Source of the DNA: a bacterium
Lineage (GTDB): Bacteria; Hinthialibacterota; Hinthialibacteria; Hinthialibacterales; Hinthialibacteraceae
Assembly (NCBI GenBank): GCA_041946805.1
Contig: JBHGBC010000013.1
Location: 1-64,000 of the forward strand
Direction: 5' to 3'
DNA: 64,000 bases
Part shown: positions 38,422 to 52,225 of the stretch, piece by piece
How positions within the stretch are numbered: position 1 is the first letter of the stretch
Layout of the letters: each line of letters opens with the position of its first letter
Position numbers and translations under genes: made by a program
The notes under the pieces: generated by a model
What the model saw: only the letters and a program-made list of their open reading frames with translations
The model's database searches: none
What the model was told of the DNA's origin: nothing

Positions 38422-40564
38422 GTTGGTGGCGGCTTGGGTGATCAGCGGCGGCCTATCCGCCTGGAGCCAGACTCCGGAACCGGACCTGGCCGGAGCGGCG
38501 GAAATGGCCGGGGCGTTGATCCAGAATCATCCTTACCTGTTCTCGAGCGTGGAACAGGCTCAGCTGGATCAAATCAACCGCCGGTTGCGCGAACTGCGCG
38601 ATCTGATCCAAAAATCCACATCGGATCAAGAGTCCGCGGCCTTGCGGGAAAAGGCGGGGGACGCGGCACAATCCCTGTATGCGATTCTGGAGAAACAACC
38701 GGCCCGGATTCTCGTCACGCCCAACCAGCATGCCCAAACCCTTCCCAGGGATAAGCCCGTTGAACTTCCCGGCGATGTGGGGGCATTACTCTTCCAAATT
38801 CAACTGGGCGAAGGCCCGGTCCGGTACCGGGCGCTTGAACTCGACTTCGCCGAGGAATCGAATATCGACATCGATGCCGGATCCGCGGGGACCTGGTGGA
38901 CGCTGGTCAGTCTCGCCAATGTGCCCGCGCGCCTCATCACGATTCCCGTGAATATCCAGCGGGCGAAAGAGCCACCGATCCGGTACTTTGTGCAGGTACA
39001 GACTCCCGCGTTCGGCCGGGTCAAGATGGAGGTTCTCTCGGAAGAGACCGGCAAACCGGTGCCCGCCATGGTCCGGATGATCTGGAAGACCGATGGGCGG
39101 GACCGGCGGCCCGGCAACGCCATCGAGATCGCGCCGCAAATGGACAAACAAGGCCAGCCGTCCGGCCGCCGCCGGGCGAATCTGCCGGGACGTCTGGCGG
39201 GACCGTACTGGTGCGTGCCCAAGCCGTTCGATATGACCCTTCCCCCGGGCGAATGGGAAGTGACCGTGCGGCGCGGCGTGGAGCATATACCAATCTATCA
39301 GACCCTTTCCGTGGCGTCCGGCCAGGTGAACGAGTTCACCTTCCAGCCGCGCCGCTGGGTGGATATGCGGCGACTGGGGTGGTATTCGGGTGACGATCAC
39401 GTTCATTGCCAGATGCTCAGCGACGGCGACGCGGGGCGGCTCATGGCCTGGGTTCAGGCGGAGGATATCCACCTGGCCAATGTCGTGAAAATGGGCGACC
39501 TGTACCGCACCTGGTTCGAGCAGCGCGGCTGGGGTCCGGAAAACCGGGTGACCGAGGGGGATTACGTGTTGTCTCCCGGGCAGGAATGCCCGCGCACACA
39601 CAACGAACTGGGCCACACCATCCACATGAACACGAAGGAGATGGTGCGCGACACGGACAAGTATTTTCTCTACGATACGGTATTCGACGCGGTTCGCGCC
39701 CAGGGCGGGCTGTCCGGCTATTGCCACGTGCTGTTTAACATGTTCCAAGTGCACCGGGACATGAGCATCAACATCCCCAAGGGGAAAACGGACTTCATCG
39801 AAGTCATGCAATTCGCGCAAATGGGGACGGACCTGTTCTACGAGTTTTTGAACCTGGGATTCAAAATGACCGCCTCGGCCGGTTCGGACGTGCCCTGGGG
39901 CGGCACGGTCGGCGAAGTGCGGGTGTACGCCTTCCTGGGCGACACGCCTTTCACGCCGGACGCCTGGTTTGACGCGGTGCGGCGCGGGCGCACATTCGTC
40001 ACCAACGGGCCGATGCTTGACTTCCGCGTCGATTCCGCCTATCCGGGAGACGAGATCGCCGGGGATCCGCGGCATCCGCTGCGGATCCGCGCCCGGGCGT
40101 GGGGGCATCCGGACCGGATGGTTCCCTCTGACTTGGAGATCGTTTCCCAGGGCGAGGTCATCCGCAAATTGGAATCGCAAGATCCTCAACGGCGGGAACT
40201 CAGCCTCGATTTCGAAATGCCCGCGGGGCATGGATTCTGGATCGCCGCCCGCGCCAAGGGCAACGACGGCTCGCTCGCCCACACGACACCGATATACGTC
40301 ATCCGGGACACCCTGCGTTTCTGGAAATACGAAAACGTCAATGAATTGATCGCCAAACGCCTGGCCAGCCTGGACGAAGTGGAAAAGCTGGTGAATCAAG
40401 CGCGGGAGGACGTGAAACAAGGCAAGAACCTGGACAATCGCGTGACCCGGCAACTGGCGGAGCAAGGTTCCGCCCTGTTGGACCGCGTGAACGAGGCGCG
40501 GGGGATCTATCAAAAATTGACCGCGGCGGCCCAGGAGGAAACGGCGGCGCGCTCGCCGTCGTGA
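38387..40564 (+). CDS. CehA/McbA-family PHP-like metallohydrolase, secreted
   Basis: GWYSGDDHVH, SAGSD, GRTFVTNGP and AHTTPIYV motifs; signal peptide. Confidence 0.85.
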   Translation: MMRRSGQICLVKLVAAWVISGGLSAWSQTPEPDLAGAAEMAGALIQNHPYLFSSVEQAQLDQINRRLRELRDLIQKSTSDQESAALREKAGDAAQSLYAILEKQPARILVTPNQHAQTLPRDKPVELPGDVGALLFQIQLGEGPVRYRALELDFAEESNIDIDAGSAGTWWTLVSLANVPARLITIPVNIQRAKEPPIRYFVQVQTPAFGRVKMEVLSEETGKPVPAMVRMIWKTDGRDRRPGNAIEIAPQMDKQGQPSGRRRANLPGRLAGPYWCVPKPFDMTLPPGEWEVTVRRGVEHIPIYQTLSVASGQVNEFTFQPRRWVDMRRLGWYSGDDHVHCQMLSDGDAGRLMAWVQAEDIHLANVVKMGDLYRTWFEQRGWGPENRVTEGDYVLSPGQECPRTHNELGHTIHMNTKEMVRDTDKYFLYDTVFDAVRAQGGLSGYCHVLFNMFQVHRDMSINIPKGKTDFIEVMQFAQMGTDLFYEFLNLGFKMTASAGSDVPWGGTVGEVRVYAFLGDTPFTPDAWFDAVRRGRTFVTNGPMLDFRVDSAYPGDEIAGDPRHPLRIRARAWGHPDRMVPSDLEIVSQGEVIRKLESQDPQRRELSLDFEMPAGHGFWIAARAKGNDGSLAHTTPIYVIRDTLRFWKYENVNELIAKRLASLDEVEKLVNQAREDVKQGKNLDNRVTRQLAEQGSALLDRVNEARGIYQKLTAAAQEETAARSPS

Positions 40565-40726
40565 TTTGTTGTCCCCCATGCTGGAATCGGATACAGAATG
40601 CGTTATTTCACGCCGTGACGTTTCGAGGCTTCATCCCTCCGGGAAGGCTTGTATGATTTGTAAGGCACAATGATACGCCGCGGTTTCCGGTGTCCGGAAG
40701 CATCGCCAGATTTGGGAGGTCGTCCG

Positions 40727-41593
40727 TTGAGTTCAAACAAGGAAACTATCATCAAGGCCCTGTCAGCGGTGAAGGACCTTCCCACCCTGCCCACCGTGAT
40801 CACCCGCCTGCGGAACGCCCTGGAAGATGAAAAAATGGGCGCGGAGGGAATCGCCCGCATCATATCCGAGGATCCCACCCTCACCAGCCAGATCCTCCGC
40901 GTGGTGAATTCCGCCTATTTCGCCGTCAAGGGGGGCCGCATTACTTCGGTCCAATACGCGGTATCCCGGCTGGGCATGCGGGAAATCAACCGCCTCTGTT
41001 CCGTTCTGGCGGTGATTGAAACCTTCAAGAGCATCGGCCCTCACCTGGATCACAACGAATTTTGGAAACACAGCGTGATGACCGGCATCACCGCCCGGGT
41101 CATTTACCGCTACATCCGCAAGCCCATGTACCTGGTGGAAGATGAAGCGTACGTGGCCGGCCTGCTGCATGATGTCGGCATCCTGATCCTCGATCACTAT
41201 TTCCCGGCCTTCTACATGCGCACCCGCCAGCAAGCGCGGCAAGACAAAAAAAACCATGATGAAATGGAACGCGAGACCATGGACATGGATCATGGCGAGG
41301 TCGGCGGCCTGGTGTTGAATCTGTGGAACCTGCCGCCGGCCGTGGTGCAGGCGGTCAATTGGCATCACCGGCCCGAACAGGCGGAAACGGCGCACCGGCC
41401 GCTGGTGAGCATCGTCACCCTGGCGGATTCGATCTGCCGCGAATTGGAAATCGGCGATCCGTTCGAGGGCGCGGTGGTTGCATACAACGAGAAAGATTTC
41501 GCGGCCATTGGTCTTACCGCGGACAGCCTCCCCGCAATCAAGGAAAAAGTTAAGGAAGAAGAAGCCCAATGCCAATCGCTGTTGACCGGCTGA
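40727..41593 (+). CDS. HDOD domain protein
   Basis: LPTLP, DPTLTSQILRVVNS, FWKHS and AGLLHDVG motifs; TTG start with GGAGG. Confidence 0.9.
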   Translation: MSSNKETIIKALSAVKDLPTLPTVITRLRNALEDEKMGAEGIARIISEDPTLTSQILRVVNSAYFAVKGGRITSVQYAVSRLGMREINRLCSVLAVIETFKSIGPHLDHNEFWKHSVMTGITARVIYRYIRKPMYLVEDEAYVAGLLHDVGILILDHYFPAFYMRTRQQARQDKKNHDEMERETMDMDHGEVGGLVLNLWNLPPAVVQAVNWHHRPEQAETAHRPLVSIVTLADSICRELEIGDPFEGAVVAYNEKDFAAIGLTADSLPAIKEKVKEEEAQCQSLLTG

Positions 41594-41605
41594 GAGAGGT
41601 GATTG

Positions 41606-41680
41606 TCTGAATCAGGATGGTCAAGATGATCAAGATGATCGGGAATGATGGATTACGCGCTGCGCGCTAATCCATCCTAC
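41606..41680. repeat. Family C repeat followed by family B GTAG REP
   Basis: TCTGAATCAGGATGGTCAAGATGATCAAGAT; GATGGATTACGCGCTGCGCGCTAATCCATCCTAC. Confidence 0.8.
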
Positions 41681-41778
41681 ATCCCTATGAGGAGTAAAGG
41701 ACCCAAAGGACAAAAAGGACGAAAGGGATATGCAGGCTGGAAGCCTGCATCACACAAGGCGAGCGTTATTATAAATCG

Positions 41779-42348
41779 TCACGTCCCGCGGCCGTTCAAG
41801 CCCAATTCCGCGGCGTGGGGTTTCAGGGCGTCGATGAGAAATTGGATGTGTTCGCCCAGGTCCACCCTCAACAGTTCCACGCCCGCACGCACTTCGTCCC
41901 GGTCCACCTTGGCCGCGAAACTTTTGTCCTTGAGTTTCTTTTTGACGCTGGAGGGGGTGAGAGACTGGATGCCGTCCGGGCGCACGAAGCAGCAGGCCCC
42001 GATGAAGCCCGTCAATTCGTCGCAGGCCAGCAGGGCTTTGTCCAAGGCGGTTTCATACGGGACGTTCCATTTCGTGTAATGGGCGGAGACGGCGTGGGCG
42101 ATGGTTTCCTCGCCCTGTTCGCGCAGCCAGGCCACGGTCCGGCGGGGATGCTCGTCCGGCCATTGCTCGTAATCGGCGTCGTGCAGCAGGCCAGCGATGC
42201 CCCAGGCTTCCACGTCGCTCTCCCTGTTTCCGTACTTGTAAGCGGCCGCCCGCATGACCACTTCGACCGACCGCGCGTGAATCCGCAACGCTTCGCTGGC
42301 GGTCCACGCGCATAATTGCCGCCACGCTTGTTCACGGGTCAAAGGCAT
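41779..42348 (-). CDS. HD-domain hydrolase (HDIG-type)
   Basis: GLLHDADYE, ACDELTGFI and KSFAAKVDR motifs. Confidence 0.88.
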   Translation of the reverse strand: MPLTREQAWRQLCAWTASEALRIHARSVEVVMRAAAYKYGNRESDVEAWGIAGLLHDADYEQWPDEHPRRTVAWLREQGEETIAHAVSAHYTKWNVPYETALDKALLACDELTGFIGACCFVRPDGIQSLTPSSVKKKLKDKSFAAKVDRDEVRAGVELLRVDLGEHIQFLIDALKPHAAELGLNGRGT

Positions 42349-42565
42349 ATCAGGAGACCTCCGGTAAATAATACTGAGGGTGGGTTTCGCCGCGCTTCCC
42401 TCACCCGGAGGGAGAGGGGATAAAATACCAATGATTATGACATGCTGCGCGCGAATCCATCCTTCATTACTGAGGATGATTCCCAGGGCTGAAGCCCTGG
42501 GCTAGTTTAAATGGTTGATGCTAATTAAAAATCATCACGCATCAGCCGGTAATGACTTTAAATAA

Positions 42566-45196
42566 TTACCCCTTTGTCTCTAAATACTCATTGACGCGGC
42601 GGGCCGCCTGGGCGCCCTCGGCGATGGCCTGCACAACCGTGGTCCCGCCGTTCACCAGATCGCCCGCGGCGAAGACGCCCGGGCAAGTGGTCATCCCCGT
42701 ATCGGGATTCACCCGCACCAGCCCCTTTTCGTTCAATTCCACCGGATGTAGCGCTTCCACGGCTTTCGGGGAAAGCCGTTCGCCCAGCGCCTCAACCACC
42801 CATGACACGGGAATATCATGTTCCGTCCCGGGGATCAGAACCGGCCGCCGCCGCCCCGATTCGTCCGCCGGGCCGAGCTGCGTCCGCGCCACCCGCACGG
42901 CGGAGAGCCGCCCCTCGGCGTTGGCCACATAGCCGACGGGTTGCGTGAGGATCAGGAGGTGAATCCCCGCCGCGATGGCCTGCCCGCGTTCGCCCGGCCA
43001 GGCCGGCATTTCATCAAAACCGCGGCGGTAGATCAGGTACACATCCTCCGCCCCGCGCCGCTTGGCCGCTGTGGCCGCGTCGATGGCGGTGTTGCCTCCT
43101 CCGATGACGGCCACCTTGCCTTGAATGGCATAGGACGCCTCGCCACGCAGGTATTCCAAAAACGTCAGCGCGTCCATGACACCCTCGGGCCGGGAATCCG
43201 TATCGTTCAACCGGGCGGTGTTCCCCAAACCGAAGGCTAGCACGACCGCGTCGAAACTTTCTCGCATAATATCTTGTAGGGTGTAGTCCGGACTCAAGGC
43301 GGTGTTCCAGCGCCATTCCAGCCGGTCCGTGCTCACGGGCGTGAAGATGGACTCGATCTCCGCCCGAGTGTGGTCAAGCGGCAGGCGGATTTCGGGAATC
43401 AGGCCCGCGGCTTTGCCTCCCGGCCGCGATCCGCGATCGATGACCACCACTTCGTGGCCCATTTCCAGCAAGCCCGCCGCGCAGGCCAATCCCGCCGGCC
43501 CCGCGCCGATGATGGCGACCCGCTGTCCGGTCGAAAATAGGGGAATCTCCAGCGCCGTCCAGCCTTCCTGCCGCGCCCGTTCGGCCACGTAGCGCTGGAT
43601 CCGGGCCATGGGAACCGCCAGATCGCCCAGGTAGGGCTTGATGCAATGCCCCTCGCACTGGACTTCCACCGGGCAGACGTAGCCGCAAATTTCGGGGAGC
43701 AAGTTCGCGCGCCGCAGAACCCGGTAGGCCTCTTTTTCGTCCCCGTCCGCCACGGCCTGGAGAAAAACCGGGATGTCGATGCCTGCCGGGCAATGCGCGG
43801 CGCAGGTGGGTTCCACGCAGCCAAGACAATGCTCCGCCGCTTCCCGCACCTTAGTGGGATCGTGCCACCGGCCTTCCTGGTAGATTTCCGCGTAGATTTC
43901 CGGATCCCGGATGACGCAGCCCGCGCGGCCGTGATCGCGCATGATCTGCGAGCAGGACGAACACGAGACGCAGACCTTCAACGGCTCCATGCGTCTGTTC
44001 CGCAGAATGTCCTTGGCGAAATCGGGATAGGCAAACGCGCCCCGGCCCAATCCGGCGATGGCATTCCAGCCGTTCTGGACCGCGGCGGCGGCCGCGTACG
44101 GCACGAACTGCCGCAGCCACGAGTAGCCGGTGCCCACCACGGTCAGGCCGGGGTAGGCCTGCTGCATAGTCTTCGCCATCCGCAGCATCCGTGCCACGCC
44201 TTCGAGGGGATGTTCCTGGGGAATATAGCCCCCGGCGATGGGGCGGTCGAACGGGCGGCCGTAATGGGGATTGAAATAAGGATTGGCGATGGTGATGTCG
44301 ATGCCGTGGTAGCCCAGTTCGCGCAGTTGGCCGATCAGCCGCAACGGTTCTGTGAGATCCGGTTTTTGGTAATCCTCCTTGTCCACACCCCAGCCATAGG
44401 GATACGCGATGGCGTCGTACACGTTGAGCCGGGAGGTGACCTCGTAGCCGGGCAGCGCCTGGCGGATTTTGGCTACTGTTACGAGCAGCATCCGCGTGCG
44501 GTTTTCATAGGAACCGCCATACCGGCTGTTTTCGCGGGTGAAGGAAGCCAGCAGTTCGCTGATCAAGTAGCGGTGGCAGCTTTTGATGTCCACCGCGTCG
44601 AAGCCCGCCGCGCGGGCCAGCCGGGCGGCGTGGACATAGGCATCCTGCAGGCGGTCCAGTTCTTCATCGGTGATCAAGGGGTAATCGGGAGGCAGGTTGT
44701 GCCGGGGATCGAGAATCGCGCTGTGATGGGCGATGATCGGCCGCGGTTTGTCCACCGGGCGGCTGTAGCGGCCCGAATGAGTGAGCTGCAGCACGAGAAA
44801 CGGCTCGTGCCGCATGGATTGCCAGGCGGCTTCGCGGGTGGCGTCCACTATCCGTTTGAATTCTTCCAGGACTTCGTCATGAATCCAGATTTGCCGGGGA
44901 TTGGCGCGGGCCTCTGCCACGATGGCGCAGGCCTCGAACCAGATCAGCCCCGCCCCGCCGGCCCCGAAACGCTGGTAACGGCGCAGGGTCAAATCGGATG
45001 GCGCGCCGTTGCGCAAGCCATCGCAGCCTTCCATGGGTTGGCACCCCAGCCGGTTGGGGACCATTTTGTTTCCGAAGGCCACCGGCGTTCCCAGAATGGA
45101 CAGATCCCGCGTGAGGGGGATCTCCACTCCCAATTCGTCAATCTTTCTCTCCAATTCCTCCAGGGTATGAAAACGAAATTGTTCATGCTGAGCCAT
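42566..45196 (-). CDS. Old-yellow-enzyme-like NADH:flavin oxidoreductase fused to a GltD/NfnB-like Fe-S FAD domain
   Basis: QPMEGCD, QLTHSGR and AGFDAVDIK; CxxCxxC; CLGC-x4-C-x3-CP; ICGYVCP-x4-C-x3-C; GAGPAG; GGGNTA. Confidence 0.85.
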   Translation of the reverse strand: MAQHEQFRFHTLEELERKIDELGVEIPLTRDLSILGTPVAFGNKMVPNRLGCQPMEGCDGLRNGAPSDLTLRRYQRFGAGGAGLIWFEACAIVAEARANPRQIWIHDEVLEEFKRIVDATREAAWQSMRHEPFLVLQLTHSGRYSRPVDKPRPIIAHHSAILDPRHNLPPDYPLITDEELDRLQDAYVHAARLARAAGFDAVDIKSCHRYLISELLASFTRENSRYGGSYENRTRMLLVTVAKIRQALPGYEVTSRLNVYDAIAYPYGWGVDKEDYQKPDLTEPLRLIGQLRELGYHGIDITIANPYFNPHYGRPFDRPIAGGYIPQEHPLEGVARMLRMAKTMQQAYPGLTVVGTGYSWLRQFVPYAAAAAVQNGWNAIAGLGRGAFAYPDFAKDILRNRRMEPLKVCVSCSSCSQIMRDHGRAGCVIRDPEIYAEIYQEGRWHDPTKVREAAEHCLGCVEPTCAAHCPAGIDIPVFLQAVADGDEKEAYRVLRRANLLPEICGYVCPVEVQCEGHCIKPYLGDLAVPMARIQRYVAERARQEGWTALEIPLFSTGQRVAIIGAGPAGLACAAGLLEMGHEVVVIDRGSRPGGKAAGLIPEIRLPLDHTRAEIESIFTPVSTDRLEWRWNTALSPDYTLQDIMRESFDAVVLAFGLGNTARLNDTDSRPEGVMDALTFLEYLRGEASYAIQGKVAVIGGGNTAIDAATAAKRRGAEDVYLIYRRGFDEMPAWPGERGQAIAAGIHLLILTQPVGYVANAEGRLSAVRVARTQLGPADESGRRRPVLIPGTEHDIPVSWVVEALGERLSPKAVEALHPVELNEKGLVRVNPDTGMTTCPGVFAAGDLVNGGTTVVQAIAEGAQAARRVNEYLETKG

Positions 45197-45455
45197 GGTG
45201 AAATTCCCCTCGCCGCGACGCGCAGGATGGATCCATTTTCACCAGAATAAACGGAATGAAAGGGAATGGGTAGTGGGTGGTGAGTACGTTGGGAACGCAG
45301 GGATTCCGTATCCGGATGCTCAGGGTATCAACCCCGTGAGAGGGTTGGGGTGAGGGATTTTGGCAGGAACGGACCTTCGTGTCCGCCCGCGATATGGATT
45401 GGTTGAAATCCCTTTCCCACTTCAGGAATATCCCTTCAGGATGATTCCAAAATAT

Positions 45456-46071
45456 CTAGGCCGTGCTGTTACCCGTCAACACAAACAACGCGGTATCCGC
45501 GCGGAGGTTGGCCCAGGCGCGCACCGGGCGGCCGGCCGCGAAATAATGCGCTTCTTTAATGGCATAGCCCATGGTTTGGCAGAACTGATGAAAGTCCTTG
45601 ATGGTCAGAAATTTGATGTTGGGGCCTTCGTACCATTCAAACGGGAGTTTGGCGGTTTTGGGCACCCGGCCCCGGAAAAACAACTGGCACCGGGCGGACC
45701 AATGCCCGAAATTCGGAAAACTGACGATCACCTGTTTCCCCACCCGCACGGTTTCTTGCAGCACCAGGGCGGGCTTGTGGATTTCCTGCATGGTTTCGTT
45801 GAGGATCACGTAATCAAAGGTCTGATCCGGGTAATCGGCCAGTCCCGCGTCGATATCGCCGTGCAGGACATGCAGGCCGCGGCTGATGCTCTCATAGACT
45901 TTCTCCTCGTCGACCTCCATTCCCGTGCCTTCGACTTTCCGCCGGTCTTGCAGCAATTTCAGGAGATCGCCTTCGCCGCAGCCGATATCGAGCACGCGGT
46001 TGCCTTCTTTCACAATCCGGCAGATGACTTCATGATCGTACCGTGGAGACGGTTGGGTGGGTTCGGAGGAT

Positions 46072-46082
<11 letters not shown>
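45456..46082 (-). CDS. metW: Methionine biosynthesis protein MetW
   Basis: [17 protein letters not shown] and PNI motifs; follows metX. Confidence 0.9.
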
Positions 46083-47238
<1,156 letters not shown>

Positions 47239-47607
47239 GGCGGATTTCTTCTCTGTATGACCAGGATATGGGTGGGTATCGCGGTTCTCAACCCACCCAA
47301 CTTTTACGGTTCGATTTTTGCCGGAACGGCTGCCGGGGGCGCGTAACTGCGTGCTCCCGCGTTCCTTATGACCGGTTACACCGCTGATCCACTGTTCTTT
47401 TTGCTTCCCGTATCTCTTCTCCGCGCCATCCGTGGTCCCTCCGGGCCATCCGTGGATCAATCCGGCATGCCAAGGGCCTCCCTTTTCCGCTCCCTCTCCC
47501 CCCGGGAGAAGGCCGGGTGGGAATGACTTTTGGATTGGCCTCCACCTTTCCGATAGATCCTATTACATTGCTCATCAATAACTTGAGTACCCTTGAGGTC
47601 CGTTACG

Positions 47608-49197
<1,590 letters not shown>

Positions 49198-49344
49198 TCA
49201 ATTCAACCCTCCCAATCCAATTCCCTGTACCGTCCACCGCGCAAGACGGTTCTCTATGGATTCATCCGGATTTTCTCCCGCAAATGGGGTAATATGGAAA
49301 TCCACAATCCGTATCAAGTCATTGAAATCGAGAGGTCTGACACG

Positions 49345-49758
49345 GTGGTGAAAAAATCGAAACTGCAATTGGGCGCGATCGGAGAACAATCGTTCGTTGT
49401 CCAACCAGCGCACGTTATCGACTTCACGGATGATGGCATGCCGCCGGTCCTGGCGACGCCTTGGTTGATATGGTTCTTGGAGCACGCGGCGCGGGAAGCC
49501 GTGTTCCCGGCCTTGGAACCCGGCGAAAGCACGGTGGGCGTAAGGATCGAAGTGGAACATCTGGCCGCCACACCGTTGGGGCAGTGCGTAACCTGCCGCG
49601 CCCATATCGTTCAATGGCATGAGCGTTCCGTCTGGTTCCGGCTGGAAGCCCACGATGGGCAGGAGCGGATTGCCCGGGGGTTCCATGAATTGCGCATGAT
49701 TCAGGTGGAGCGTTTCGCCCAGCGGATGGAGATCAAGATGAAAAAGGCCGGCCGGTAG
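49345..49758 (+). CDS. FlK-like hot-dog thioesterase
   Basis: VLATP, E, STVG and HLAATPLG motifs; start uncertain. Confidence 0.82.
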   Translation: MVKKSKLQLGAIGEQSFVVQPAHVIDFTDDGMPPVLATPWLIWFLEHAAREAVFPALEPGESTVGVRIEVEHLAATPLGQCVTCRAHIVQWHERSVWFRLEAHDGQERIARGFHELRMIQVERFAQRMEIKMKKAGR

Positions 49759-50001
49759 ACTTATTCCCTCCCGGAAATATCGAGACGGATCCGGCTGGTT
49801 GGAGGGAATCAGGAATGGAGAACTGGGGGCGGAGCCCGCCGCGCGGGGGGATTCCGGTCTTGCCACCCAGGAAAAAGCGGCTCCCATGCATCCGGCGGAC
49901 GAAATTCTGGTTCACCCGGTAAGCGCGGGCCCGCTGGTGAAAAAGGCCTTCCTTCCACCTCCTGATGCAAGTGGACACCTTGGTCCCGCCTTTTAAAAAT
50001 T

Positions 50002-50034
50002 CCCTCACCCTGGCCCTCTCCCAGAGGGAGAGGG
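50002..50034. repeat. REP-like family A copy
   Basis: Identical to 22516-22548. Confidence 0.9.
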
Positions 50035-50126
50035 AGGCAGATCTCCTGGACCAGCCCGATTGAAAAGCGGCCCGGCATGGTTGATAAAAAGTACGGACTT
50101 ACCGGATGAACCCGAAAATTATTTAA

Positions 50127-50156
50127 TTGACAAGGGGGGATGCCGGGTCCTAAACT
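50127..50156 (+). promoter_or_regulatory. Candidate sigma-70 promoter
   Basis: TTGACA, 18 bp, TAAACT; AT-rich upstream; AGGAGG RBS downstream. Confidence 0.6.
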
Positions 50157-50196
50157 GCGGTATGCTTTTCTATCTTCAAAGTCAGGAGGGATTCTC

Positions 50197-51867
50197 ATGG
50201 GGAAAAAAAAGATTGGCGGGATCATGTTGTTATTGCCGCTGGGGATGGCCGCCGTTGTGGCCTCCGCGCAGGAAAAATGGGATATTGTGTGGACGGATTA
50301 TGAAAACAATCCCGTGACCCTGGCGGGAGTGGGCGACCGCGCCTACATGCCGTACATCCTTTATAATTCCGCTTGGCCGGCGGAATCGCGTTATCGCATC
50401 TGGTACGATTACGCCAGCATCAATGGCATCGCGTATTCCTATTCCGCCGATGGGATCAACTGGGCGGCGGCGGTCGCGGTCACCGGCCTGAACGCGGAGG
50501 GAACCGCGCCCCAGGGGCGGCCGGTGGTGCTGTACGACCCCGCCTGGAGCAAACCGTACCGCCTGTACTATTATGGAAATCCAGCCGATGTATGGCAGGT
50601 CCGGGTGGCGGAAAGCGCCGACGGCATCGCGTTCACCAACGATCAGCTCGCCTTGTCCGGCGGTGGCTTGGGAACCTACCCGGACGGCCACGCCGTGGCC
50701 TATTTCCCGGGACGCGCGGAACCGTTCTGGATGTATTATCTGGGCGCGGAGGGTATCCTGTACGCGACCTCCCTCGATGGGTATGTATTTCTGGAGATGG
50801 GATACGTCAATCTCCCCAACGATCCCGGCTTTACCTCCCAGCCGACCCAGGTTTTCAGCCTGGGCCAAAACGATTACCGCATGTACGCCTTCACGGCCAA
50901 CACCGGCTTCCAATGCCTGGTCTCGGCCAACGGATACGATTGGGAATTATGGGAGAATCCGGTGCCCGTCATTGGTTCGGCCGGCGGCGCGGGCGCGTGG
51001 AATGACCAGCGCAATTACTACGCCTCGATCGCCTACCTGGGAGAAGGACGTTTCATCCTGGCGCGCGGGGGACGCAACGACGCCAGCGGCCTGTACCGCA
51101 CCGGCATCGCCTTCGGCCAGTGCGAATTCTTACAGAAATACGACATGGGGACCTGGCAATTCTTCTCGCCGTTTACCGACTACAAGGCGGAAAACTGGAC
51201 ATCCTACGGTTCCAACGCGGGAGCCAATGAAGACGGCGTCCAAACCTACATCAAGCAGAACACCGACGGCAGCGTAACCATCGCGGATCTGCGGGACAGT
51301 GGGAATTACTACCTGGTGCACGATTCGTTCTGGATCGTACCCTACACGGTGGAAGCCCGCCTGCGCGTCGATCAAGCCACGGGAACGGGCGCGGATGAAG
51401 AATTTCCCAAGGCCACGATCGCCTGCATGATGAACGATCCCTTCCACACGGGCGCGGAAGCGTGGCAGCCGGCTTTCGCCCAGACCCGTTTCGGCGCGTG
51501 GGCCCTGAACACCGATCCCAGCGCGGACGCGGACAACACCCAATTCCAAACCTATACCTTCGTCTGCCGGTTCGATGAAGCGGCCCGGGACGCCTTGATC
51601 CTCGATCCCAACGACGCCAACGCGAACCTGTTGCTGAGCGTGTATGACGTCTATCTCAACCGCGATTTTTCCGCTCCGAAAGTGACCTTCCACAACACCG
51701 GATGGGCGGGTTGGCCGGAGGCGGGGCCGTACGGGCGGGTGGATCTGGGCTTTCCGGGGCCGAGCGCCGGAGTCATGACGGTGGATTGGATCCGCTGGGG
51801 CAACGGCGCCATCTTCGATCCGAAGGATCCCGGCGCGGTTTCCGTGAAGGAATGGAGCCTTTATTGA
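50197..51867 (+). CDS. Secreted beta-propeller (GH32/43-like fold) protein with C-terminal beta domain and VxxWxxY terminus
   Basis: Signal peptide; repeated Y-x-x-W/Y-Y...S-x-D-G-x-x-W/F blades; ends SVKEWSLY. Confidence 0.7.
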   Translation: MGKKKIGGIMLLLPLGMAAVVASAQEKWDIVWTDYENNPVTLAGVGDRAYMPYILYNSAWPAESRYRIWYDYASINGIAYSYSADGINWAAAVAVTGLNAEGTAPQGRPVVLYDPAWSKPYRLYYYGNPADVWQVRVAESADGIAFTNDQLALSGGGLGTYPDGHAVAYFPGRAEPFWMYYLGAEGILYATSLDGYVFLEMGYVNLPNDPGFTSQPTQVFSLGQNDYRMYAFTANTGFQCLVSANGYDWELWENPVPVIGSAGGAGAWNDQRNYYASIAYLGEGRFILARGGRNDASGLYRTGIAFGQCEFLQKYDMGTWQFFSPFTDYKAENWTSYGSNAGANEDGVQTYIKQNTDGSVTIADLRDSGNYYLVHDSFWIVPYTVEARLRVDQATGTGADEEFPKATIACMMNDPFHTGAEAWQPAFAQTRFGAWALNTDPSADADNTQFQTYTFVCRFDEAARDALILDPNDANANLLLSVYDVYLNRDFSAPKVTFHNTGWAGWPEAGPYGRVDLGFPGPSAGVMTVDWIRWGNGAIFDPKDPGAVSVKEWSLY

Positions 51868-51883
51868 GACTTTATTGAGAAAT

Positions 51884-51907
51884 GGGGAGAACCGTGAGGT
51901 TCTCCCC
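51884..51907 (+). terminator. Stem-loop terminator
   Basis: 10-bp stem GGGGAGAACC/GGTTCTCCCC with GTGA loop. Confidence 0.7.
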
Positions 51908-52225
51908 TGGTTTCATCTCCCAGAAAATCGGCTGAACATGGGCAAACCTAGCAGAAGGGAGGGGAATTGGCCTTCCCGAAGGAGGAGGGGTACATTATCC
52001 ATCATCGCTTGTATAAGTCTTGCAATTCATGATGGCAAGTTTCTGGATACACGCGGTTCCACCGGAGCGTGCGGGGATGATTTATTGGCGATCCGGCAAA
52101 AAGTGAAAATGCAACTGATATGTTCTATATATTTAAATTATGGTGCAGGCATCCTTCCTGCTTCCATATTTTGCGCAGACAAGAGGTCTGCACCACCATG
52201 AGGAGACATTTTGCCGGACCGTCAT

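Noticed and set aside
51940..51990. GGGCAAACC resembling the start of a c-di-GMP-I riboswitch
   Set aside because: No GAAA-capped stem or GACGCAAA motif follows
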